64,000 bases of DNA from a virus, in IMG/VR virus record IMGVR_UViG_3300008116_000027, positions 1-64,000 of that record, one strand, 5' to 3'. Shown one piece after another: positions 9,229 to 16,402 of the stretch; positions within the stretch are counted from its first letter, which is position 1; each line of letters opens with the position of its first letter. The position numbers were made by a program, and so were the translations under genes. Under the pieces are notes generated by a model. It searched no databases and was not told where the DNA came from. It saw only the letters and a list, made by a program, of their open reading frames with translations.

Positions 9229-9425
9229 TTAGCAGACACCAAACCAATCTGATTAAAGTTTTTAGTATACATTTTGCCATTAGGCATTTCTAAATTATAG
9301 GTTGCGTATTCATTAGCAAAACCGTGATCTTTACATCTAGCAAAAGCCTCAAACGCTTCTAATGCGTCAGAGAATTGGTGTGTAAATTCTAGTTTGCCGT
9401 CATACCAAGTAAATAGTTTAAACAT
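9225..9425 (-). CDS. hypothetical protein
   Basis: ATG at 9425 coupled to the upstream stop. Confidence 0.7.
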   Translation of the reverse strand: MFKLFTWYDGKLEFTHQFSDALEAFEAFARCKDHGFANEYATYNLEMPNGKMYTKNFNQIGLVSAK

Positions 9426-9556
9426 TAAATCCCCCAAGTTTCTAAAGCGCAATCGCAACTTTTAACGTCAAATTCTTTTTCATCTCCATAGAATACAAAT
9501 CCTGCGCCACCGCATTCATCACACTCTACGCCAATTATTTCTGCGATATTTCCCAT
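9425..9556 (-). CDS. 43-aa Zn-finger-like peptide (CDECGG...CDC)
   Basis: Translated by hand; RBS and promoter at 9584-9605. Confidence 0.7.
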   Translation of the reverse strand: MGNIAEIIGVECDECGGAGFVFYGDEKEFDVKSCDCALETWGI

Positions 9557-9735
9557 TTTATTTCCTTCCGTTTATTTAGCAGTATTGTATCAGTTATCAC
9601 TGACAATTGGCAAAACTGGAGAGCCTTCTAACTCTAAGCCAATTTCTAAATTAAGTAATTCTGAAGGCGTGGCTTCGGATAAATCTACCCAGCCAGCACC
9701 TTCATCATTTAAGCGAAAAATTTCTACATATCCCA

Positions 9736-9930
9736 TTATTCACCAACCTTTACGCCAACAGTTCGCACCTTACGGGCTGAACCAACTTCCACTAAATAAC
9801 TTTCGATATTCATTCCGTAGAATGTAGCACGAGGATCTTTTTCGGCAGAAACAATTTCGCCTTCCAAAGTATTTGATCGATAGTGTTTACCCACTAACAG
9901 GTTTTCTATTGTGTAGATATTTGCAGACAT
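9736..9930 (-). CDS. hypothetical protein
   Basis: 64-aa ORF with promoter at 9962-9983; a 48-aa ORF (9590-9736) follows. Confidence 0.75.
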   Translation of the reverse strand: MSANIYTIENLLVGKHYRSNTLEGEIVSAEKDPRATFYGMNIESYLVEVGSARKVRTVGVKVGE

Positions 9931-10032
9931 TGCAACCTTCTTTCTTTTTGGTTATGCCGATATTATACTAGACCCCACCGACAATTTGCATATTACTTGT
10001 GAGTAATTCCATATTTTGAGACGCTCAACTCA

Positions 10033-10224
10033 TGTGATCATAATCACATGCGACACGCCAGACACGCCCGAAGTTATCCACGACACGCCCGAAGTTATCC
10101 ACAAATTTTCAGGGTTTTTCCACATCTGTGCGTAAACCTGTGGATAACCGCCCACAAAAGATTGGGGGCAGCTATCGCCTTTGTCAAGGCGACACGCCGT
10201 CTATTCTTTGTGAGTTTGCTCACA
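10033..10224. promoter_or_regulatory. cluster of CRP-type palindromes, DnaA boxes and GACAC motifs
   Basis: TGTGA-N6-TCACA at 10033-10048 and 10209-10224; DnaA-type boxes at 10074, 10095, 10116 and 10139; GACACGCC at 10052, 10061, 10082 and 10191; 21-bp tandem repeat at 10061-10102. Confidence 0.8.
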
Positions 10225-10824
10225 TACGCATTTAGTATATGCGCCTGCGTTTAACCTGCCACATTTAGGGCAGGTATAAAATCCGCTAGGGTTAGCCATT
10301 TATTTATCTCTCCTAATTAATTTAATCGAATAGATAAATGCGATAGTGCCTACTAATAGCCATGTCGGAATACTAATTTGTAATCCTATGCTATCAGCGT
10401 ATAAACCAAATGCGTTTAAGTCTAAGTATAATTCCATTTATTCTGCCTCCTCCCAATCTAGTGTTAATTCATTTTCGATTATCTCATCAAGGCTAATCAT
10501 GTCCTCATCAAATAGCGTTTCGCTATTGTGTTTATCTAGTTTTTCTAATTCGTCTAAGTGTGTATAAGCGTCTGCCACATCTAGTTGGATAGTGTCCCAT
10601 TTAGTCATCATTAGTTATTACCTCCATTAACAATAGCACCGACAATAGCAATTATAGTTATCGTGCCTAACACAATAGGCAAAACAATATGAGGATAATC
10701 CTCTACCCAATCAAAAAATAGCATATTAGTTATTCTCCTCATCAATTCCAAACATCTCAGCAAACACTTTGTTTGCTTGTTGTAAGGCTTCTATCGCCTC
10801 GTTTATCTTATCCATGTTATCCAT
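10201..10824 (-). other. run of five tightly packed micro-ORFs (32, 37, 57, 45 and 32 aa; two hydrophobic, one CxxC)
   Basis: Translated by hand: 10726-10824, 10611-10724, 10438-10611, 10300-10437, 10201-10299; abutting or overlapping stops and starts, purine-rich RBSs. Confidence 0.7.
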
Positions 10825-10900
10825 TTTCTTACCTTCTTTCGTTGTTGTTATGGTGAAACCTTAGCATACCTAACCGACAATCGGCAAGGCGACACACCCC

Positions 10901-11080
10901 TTAGAGGGTGTGAGATACCTCACATGCGGTATCGCATCTAGGCACATCTGCCATTATTAAGCGTAGCAGACCTACACGCTCAGACTTAGTAAGTCTAAGA
11001 CGGCTAACGGTATCAGGCTTGATACCTCCATGATTATATTCGAACAAAAGTTCGGTATAGATATCGTCTAAGTTATTCAT
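10901..11080 (-). CDS. 59-aa first gene of the leftward block
   Basis: Translated by hand (MNNLDDIYTELLFEYNHGG...); ACGAAAGGA RBS. Confidence 0.7.
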   Translation of the reverse strand: MNNLDDIYTELLFEYNHGGIKPDTVSRLRLTKSERVGLLRLIMADVPRCDTACEVSHTL

Positions 11081-11112
11081 TTATTTATCCTTTCGTAGAT
11101 AATTTTAGTTGA

Positions 11113-11164
11113 GAGCGGTTATTCGCTAGGCTCACCTTTCGGGTTATTTGCTAGGCTCACGCTC
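11113..11164 (-). repeat. twin 19-nt repeat enclosed by a stem, in a 5' UTR
   Basis: GGTTATTCGCTAGGCTCAC (11117-11135) and GGTTATTTGCTAGGCTCAC (11142-11160), flanked by GAGCG/CGCTC. Confidence 0.8.
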
Positions 11165-11423
11165 TAATTCTTTATTTTGTTATACTATAATCATATAAGG
11201 GGGCACTGACATTTTGCCACTCACAAATCGGACATGTCGGACATTTTAAAATAAATCTTTTCTAAATCGTGTGATATACCCCACATATGGTCGCTCTAAT
11301 AGGACAAATCGGACATTTTAAAACCATGGATCATACAAATAAAATCTCTATTAACATTTTATGAAATCTGATATTATAGTCAACTAGGATTATATGGATA
11401 TATATGGGGGGATTTAAGAAAGA

Positions 11424-12137
11424 TTACTTAACCCAGATGGGGGCGTTTATATTTTTATCTAAAGCTTCTTGCAACATTTTTTGATTAAATTCAGTTTCCT
11501 GATATTGCTCTAATGTAGGAACATTTTCTTCAGATGCTACAATAAAGTTTGTATGGGCATATCTAGGACCTTTTGTTACAGCTTTTACTCCATGTCTATA
11601 TTTTTTGCTTGCACTGTGGATAACAAGGTCGCCCTTCTCTGGTTTGTATTCTACCTCTTGTTCTGGATAAAATAGCTCCCCGCCTTCAAAATCATTTATG
11701 TATACTACAAATCCGTACTGCACTATATGACAAGTATTGTGCGGATCGTATAAGTTTCCTTTTTCAATAGCATCAAAGTATCCAATTAAACTTCCTTCGT
11801 CGTGATCATCTGGATGTCCTGGACTATCCCAATGAACCTCTAAAGATTGACCTTCTATCATTTTAGAAACTCCATTAGATGGAAGTGGCTTATACTCTGG
11901 TCCAAAAAATTCTTCTGTTTTTTTCCACAATTCGTCTAATAAAGCATCTCCTTGAAAAACTTGATTAGGTGCTTTAATTTCAGAGTCATGATCCCATTTA
12001 TCTTTATTTAACCAATAATCATCGTGAAACCCATTTACAATTTCTGTATATTTATCTGCTTCTTCATTTGAAATAAAATTTTTATATACATATATCTCAT
12101 TGGCTAATTTAATTAAATTATTGTTATTTTGAAACAT
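11424..12137 (-). CDS. 2OG-Fe(II) oxygenase (prolyl 4-hydroxylase-like)
   Basis: HWD...YINDFEGGELFY...GDLVIH...HGVKAV..GPRY. Confidence 0.88.
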   Translation of the reverse strand: MFQNNNNLIKLANEIYVYKNFISNEEADKYTEIVNGFHDDYWLNKDKWDHDSEIKAPNQVFQGDALLDELWKKTEEFFGPEYKPLPSNGVSKMIEGQSLEVHWDSPGHPDDHDEGSLIGYFDAIEKGNLYDPHNTCHIVQYGFVVYINDFEGGELFYPEQEVEYKPEKGDLVIHSASKKYRHGVKAVTKGPRYAHTNFIVASEENVPTLEQYQETEFNQKMLQEALDKNINAPIWVK

Positions 12138-12174
12138 ATGTATATTATAGCAAATATAGTATACTAAACACTAT

Positions 12175-12247
12175 TGGTCCATAGCTCAATCGGCAGAGCA
12201 CTGAGCTGTTAACTCAGGGGTTCCTGGTTCGAGTCCAGGTGGACCAG
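12175..12247 (+). tRNA. tRNA-Asn(GTT)
   Basis: Acceptor TGGTCCA/TGGACCA, anticodon arm CTGAG-CTGTTAA-CTCAG, GTTCGAGTC. Confidence 0.95.
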
Positions 12248-12269
12248 CATATATTACAAGGAGGTAAAT

Positions 12270-12362
12270 ATGGAACCAAATAAAATGACACCAGAAGGAT
12301 TACTTACAATTGGTGCACTTATTGTGGCTTTAGTAATTCTTTCTATTGTTATAGCATCTTAA
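12270..12362 (+). CDS. 30-aa single-TM micro-protein
   Basis: AAGGAGGT RBS; MEPNKMTPEGLLTIGALIVALVILSIVIAS; fills the gap between two tRNAs. Confidence 0.75.
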   Translation: MEPNKMTPEGLLTIGALIVALVILSIVIAS

Positions 12363-12366
12363 TTTT

Positions 12367-12438
12367 GGCTTCATCGTCTATCGGTTAGGACATCGCCCTT
12401 TCACGGCGGAAAGACGGGTTCGATTCCCGTTGGAGCTA
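12367..12438 (+). tRNA. tRNA-Glu(TTC)
   Basis: Acceptor GGCTTCA/TGGAGCT, anticodon arm TCGCC-CTTTCAC-GGCGG, GTTCGATTC. Confidence 0.93.
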
Positions 12439-12458
12439 CATTTGATATAATAGATAAT

Positions 12459-13238
12459 ATGAAAGTCTCTATGTTACATCCAGATATTTGGTATTTTGAA
12501 GATGCCATTCCAGAATCAAAAAAATTTTTATCTTTACTAGAAGACAATAAAAATATTACAAGCGTTATACCAGATTGGTCTACTTGGCTTGATTCTTTTG
12601 CTAGAGGCACAGATGAAATAATTATTAATAAACCGTTGGCCGCTGGAGAAGGCGGCGCTCCTATGGGTGTAGACAAGTTTGTTGACTGGGACATGTCAAT
12701 AAATGATTACGGCAGAATTTGGCCAAGAATAGTTCCCGACTCGGTAGTGCATAAAGAGGCTTATAAAACATTAAAGTTAATAGACATTCCATTTAAAAAA
12801 GTATTAGACTATTATTGGTCTAAAAATTCAGAGTTACCTGAACTTAAATATATTAGTAAAAATTATCTTATTAGAAAATACTCAACTGGAACATCTATGC
12901 CAATCCATGTAGATGCTAGCGGAAGAGCTGGTGCTACAGATGACGACAAAATATCTATGGATCTGGCTGCTTTGATTTACTTAAACGACGACTATACGGG
13001 CGGGGAATTAAATTTTGTAGATTTAGGCATAAAACTTAAACCATCTGCTGGAAGCATTGTAATTTTTGACGGCATAAAGCATCAGCATGAATCTACCCTA
13101 ATTACATCTGGTAACAAGATATACATTCCATTTTATATGCACACAAAATACGGTTTAATTTCCTGTTTTAGAGAACCTGTCGAAGCAGGCGGCAATCAGA
13201 CTTTTATTTCCAACCAAATACCCAGGTTGACAGAATAA
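12459..13238 (+). CDS. 2OG-Fe(II) oxygenase
   Basis: HVD...YLNDDYTGGEL.F...AGSIVIF...HES...GNK. Confidence 0.88.
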   Translation: MKVSMLHPDIWYFEDAIPESKKFLSLLEDNKNITSVIPDWSTWLDSFARGTDEIIINKPLAAGEGGAPMGVDKFVDWDMSINDYGRIWPRIVPDSVVHKEAYKTLKLIDIPFKKVLDYYWSKNSELPELKYISKNYLIRKYSTGTSMPIHVDASGRAGATDDDKISMDLAALIYLNDDYTGGELNFVDLGIKLKPSAGSIVIFDGIKHQHESTLITSGNKIYIPFYMHTKYGLISCFREPVEAGGNQTFISNQIPRLTE

Positions 13239-13262
13239 TTTTTCAAATGCTACAATCTTAGC

Positions 13263-13462
13263 CTTGGACAGTTTTCGGAGATAATATCAAGGGGTTAAAC
13301 TCCAAGTGCGACAATGACGGAAATGTTATTAGTCTGGCTTATGCATCCAGTATAGGTTCAACCGATGAATTGCAGGCTTACAACCTTAAAAGACAATTTC
13401 GGGGTCCTTTTCTTAAAAAAGGGGTGTAGGGGTTGTATGCTTTCAAATCTGGAAATACTCCT
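13263..13462 (+). ncRNA. candidate structured ncRNA
   Basis: TTGACA-18-TACAAT promoter at 13227-13256; ORF-free and locally GC-richer; pairings CTTGGA/TCCAAG, TACAACC/GGTTGTA and CCTTTT/AAAAGG. Confidence 0.4.
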
Positions 13463-13499
13463 AAAAAATAAATAAGGATATAAATAATATATTAAATAT

Positions 13500-13658
13500 A
13501 TGAATGATAAAAAAAGCGGGAAGTTTAGAATTTGGGATTACGATCTCAGACCAATACCAGTAGATCATCAGACTGATTGGGAATACATCAATAGATGTCA
13601 TAAAGTCCATACATACGTAGTTGGTCCTACTCCTCCAGCAATATGGTGGTCTATATAA
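13500..13658 (+). CDS. 52-aa hypothetical protein
   Basis: Translated by hand (MNDKKSGKFRIWDYDLRP...). Confidence 0.5.
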   Translation: MNDKKSGKFRIWDYDLRPIPVDHQTDWEYINRCHKVHTYVVGPTPPAIWWSI

Positions 13659-13709
13659 TTCATATATATTCTAGTTGACTAAGATATATATCAGATATAT
13701 AATAGCTAT

Positions 13710-13793
13710 ATGAACTCTATTTATCAGAAATTAATAGCAAGTGCTTTAATTATTATGATGGCATATATAGCTCTTGCCTTCATTGTAGGTTAA
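13710..13793 (+). CDS. 27-aa single-TM micro-protein, leaderless
   Basis: TTGACT-17-TATAAT (13675-13703), ATG 6 nt later; MNSIYQKLIASALIIMMAYIALAFIVG. Confidence 0.6.
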   Translation: MNSIYQKLIASALIIMMAYIALAFIVG

Positions 13794-13931
13794 ATTTAAA
13801 ATAGCCTTTAAAAGCCTTCTAAGGCCTATATCCCGATTTTCTGGGCATATGGCTAGGGGTAAGTATGGGTTCTCTACTTTCGACGCACTGAAATTTTTAC
13901 AATTGCACTTATTGAGAGGATTTAGTACCCT

Positions 13932-14447
13932 GTGAATATGGAAGATCAATACATGACTAAGATCATGCAGGGCCCGTTTTTATGGGAGTATTTAAATGAG
14001 ACTCCATATACTATTAGACATACAATGGCTGAATATTTTTTAGCTAATGAACCACTTGTGGTAGATGTTGGCACTTATAAAATCCCGTTAAAGGTAAATG
14101 GAGAATTAATATCTATAGATCCACTTAATACCTTCCCAGGCGGATACAATAAAGATGTTAAGATATTTTTAGAAGAAGTCAATCCAATAAATTTTTCATT
14201 ATCATGCCTAGGTCTGGCAATACAAGGGCCTAAAGAGCAATGGGATGCTTTTTTAGAGTTATTTAAGAGATCTAAAATGGCTGTTATTGAATATTCTAGG
14301 GATGCCCACAATCATTCTGATTTTGATAGGATAGAAGAGTTGTGTAATATTAAACAGGTTTATTTTAAAGCTTATATGGACATGCCAGATGTAGAAGTTA
14401 AAGGCATTAGGCCATACCCTAAAAGAAAGTTTCTAGTTTTTAAATAG
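13932..14447 (+). CDS. hypothetical protein, possibly class I SAM-methyltransferase-like fold
   Basis: VVDVG and ISIDP motifs only; GAGAGG RBS before GTG. Confidence 0.5.
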   Translation: MNMEDQYMTKIMQGPFLWEYLNETPYTIRHTMAEYFLANEPLVVDVGTYKIPLKVNGELISIDPLNTFPGGYNKDVKIFLEEVNPINFSLSCLGLAIQGPKEQWDAFLELFKRSKMAVIEYSRDAHNHSDFDRIEELCNIKQVYFKAYMDMPDVEVKGIRPYPKRKFLVFK

Positions 14448-14582
14448 TTTCCAGAATAGTAGTTTTTGAAAAAACTTTTTTATTGAATTCTGCATCCTTA
14501 ATTCAGGACTTTCGTTTTTATAATGCTCTGATTGAAAATATGGGCTAAACATCTGATCGCTAAAATATCTTCTTGGAGTCAT
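14433..14582 (-). CDS. 49-aa hypothetical protein, leaderless
   Basis: Translated by hand (MTPRRYFSDQMFSPYFQSEHY...); TATAAT 6 nt before ATG. Confidence 0.6.
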   Translation of the reverse strand: MTPRRYFSDQMFSPYFQSEHYKNESPELRMQNSIKKFFQKLLFWKLFKN

Positions 14583-14614
14583 ACTCTAATTATACTATAG
14601 ATGTAATTATACCT

Positions 14615-15439
14615 CTATTTAATTTCATTTACAGGTTCGTTTATGCTGTACTCAGAATTTTCATTTTCAATACGACGCAAAGCATACATATTTTCTTTAT
14701 TTGTCCAAATGTCTTTTTCTTTTTCCGTATTTCTTTCCCTAAATCTACCTAAACTTAAATGCTCTTTACAAGAAGGCACAGTCCTAAATTCTGCTAGATT
14801 TATATCTCTAGACTCTCCTTCTTCTAATTTTGAATAAGGAGGGCCAACAATTATCCACCTTGAAGCCTGTAATTTACAAAAATAACATTCTATATTACCC
14901 AATTCATTTAGAGTTGTAGACCAAGATCCATCTTTTTCATTCTTAATTAATGGTTCATTTATAAAGTAAGATGATTTAGATCTATCTGATTTACTTAAAT
15001 GATGCACTGGGACACTTTCATGTATTAATGAATAGGTGTAATCAAATACCCCAGGCCCATCAAAAGGTATAGCTGGAGACGTAAGATGATCTATTAGCAA
15101 TTCCACATCATCAAGAGATTCATTTAAAAATAAATCAAACCTTACTTCAGCAGGATAAACAGTATCTGTTATTTTCATTACTAAATAACCATTGCTCATA
15201 TATTGAGTAGCAATCAAACCTTCATTGCCAGGTTGTTCTATATTTACAATATAAGGCTTTCCAATTTGGCTTCCTAAATAGTTTTTATGATAAACCTCAT
15301 GACCATAATCGCATAAATGTTCTTTTGAATATGTAAATAAACCAGAAAGCATATTACTTAGCCATTCTAAATCTTTAATTGGATTTATAGTATATCCACG
15401 CAAAGTAAATTTACTATAATATTTTAATTTTTTATTCAT
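14615..15439 (-). CDS. degenerate S-adenosylmethionine-decarboxylase-like domain plus C-terminal CxxC...CxxH region
   Basis: GKPY...PGNEGL.A......Y.V.KI.D...PA.V.FDLF pattern recalls phage SpeD; ES/TSH cleavage motif absent. Confidence 0.5.
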   Translation of the reverse strand: MNKKLKYYSKFTLRGYTINPIKDLEWLSNMLSGLFTYSKEHLCDYGHEVYHKNYLGSQIGKPYIVNIEQPGNEGLIATQYMSNGYLVMKITDTVYPAEVRFDLFLNESLDDVELLIDHLTSPAIPFDGPGVFDYTYSLIHESVPVHHLSKSDRSKSSYFINEPLIKNEKDGSWSTTLNELGNIECYFCKLQASRWIIVGPPYSKLEEGESRDINLAEFRTVPSCKEHLSLGRFRERNTEKEKDIWTNKENMYALRRIENENSEYSINEPVNEIK

Positions 15440-15452
15440 ACATCCATTCTAT

Positions 15453-15532
15453 CAGAAAACCCAATCAGAGGCGGATCCGATTGGGTTTCAGGCATCTTAT
15501 GACGCACTGTAGAGAGCTAGGCTCGACCTACA
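15453..15532 (-). ncRNA. candidate ~80-nt sRNA
   Basis: TTGACT-17-TACAAT (15538-15566, -); 5' hairpin TGTAG/CTACA; terminator GAAACCCAATC/GATTGGGTTTTC; no ORF. Confidence 0.5.
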
Positions 15533-15575
15533 AAATAATTGTATAATTATTATTTTATAAAGTCAACAAAAGAAA

Positions 15576-16385
15576 TTAAATTCCTTCTTTAGATCTTCTT
15601 TCATCCATTATTCTTACTTTTTCCTGGATAACATCAGCAAATTTTGGATTTACTTTTAATGGACCAGCCCACTCATTTAATTGTTGTTCAGTTGGATTTT
15701 TATACTGTCCTATTTGCTCATACCATTCTGGAGTTTTATAATTATAAAAAGTTCCAGGGTTATCTTCTGAATTTAATGCAAAATTAGAAAATACAAACCT
15801 AGTACCAGAAGTTGTTACTTTGGTTCCATGGTCATAAGGTTTACAAGCACCATGCAAAACAACGTCACCAGCCTCTGGCTGAATAACAAGGCAGGGCTCT
15901 TCTAATCTTTCTTTACTAATATCTGTGCCTACTTTAATTGTTCCATCTGGATTAATATTTGGATAGTATAATTCACCACCAGTAAATTCTCCAAAATACG
16001 CAGTCATTCCGTATTGTAAAGAGCAACATGCAGACCAAGTGTCTATTTCAAAAATTTCGTCTTCTCTACCCATTCCAGGACTATCGGCATGCACAAACAT
16101 ACCTTCATCGTGAGGTTCTGCAATCATTAAGCTTCTCATAGGGTGTATAACAATCTCTGGGTGTATTAATTCAGACATAAATTTCCAAACAAGAAAAGTG
16201 CTTGGCATAGGAGGACAAACTTTATCTTCATACCAGTTATTTGAACTCCATATATTTTCAGGCATAGTTCTTTGAAAATTTTCTAAATCTTTGTTAACTT
16301 CATTCATAATTTCTTGTGGAATTATGTTTTTGTAAATAAATATTCTATCTGATAGCTTAGTACATTTTGGATTGTCGTAAAACAT
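15576..16385 (-). CDS. 2OG-Fe(II) oxygenase
   Basis: HADSPG...FTGGELYYP...GDVVLHG...HGT...GTRF; tandem paralogue of the next gene. Confidence 0.88.
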   Translation of the reverse strand: MFYDNPKCTKLSDRIFIYKNIIPQEIMNEVNKDLENFQRTMPENIWSSNNWYEDKVCPPMPSTFLVWKFMSELIHPEIVIHPMRSLMIAEPHDEGMFVHADSPGMGREDEIFEIDTWSACCSLQYGMTAYFGEFTGGELYYPNINPDGTIKVGTDISKERLEEPCLVIQPEAGDVVLHGACKPYDHGTKVTTSGTRFVFSNFALNSEDNPGTFYNYKTPEWYEQIGQYKNPTEQQLNEWAGPLKVNPKFADVIQEKVRIMDERRSKEGI

Positions 16386-16402
16386 ATTATTTATTTTCTC
16401 CT

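Larger units (their letters stand above)
2092..10136. repeat. six-copy intergenic element TTYYRGGG-N16-C(G/T)TAAA followed by a GC hairpin
   Basis: Copies at 2092-2121, 4531-4560, 5788-5817, 7677-7706, 8851-8880, 10107-10136; spacer always 16 nt. Confidence 0.8.
2020..11211 (-). promoter_or_regulatory. 14 dispersed promoters TGTCRG-N10-TANNNT (RecA-NDp/PafBC-type)
   Basis: Copies at 2020-2041, 3744-3765, 4499-4520, 5746-5767, 6617-6638, 6826-6847, 7322-7343, 7634-7655, 8602-8623 (TGTCAC variant), 8806-8827, 9584-9605, 9962-9983, 10858-10879, 11190-11211; invariant 10-nt spacer; each lies upstream of a gene start. Confidence 0.9.

Noticed and set aside
10048-10254. 68-aa plus-strand ORF MRHARHARSYP...
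   Set aside because: Translation of the GACAC/DnaA-box repeat array, opposite to the block's orientation, with no RBS
12401-12694. 97-aa minus-strand ORF and other antisense ORFs inside RNR, protease, MCP and TMP
   Set aside because: They overlap a tRNA or strongly supported genes on the opposite strand and show no motifs
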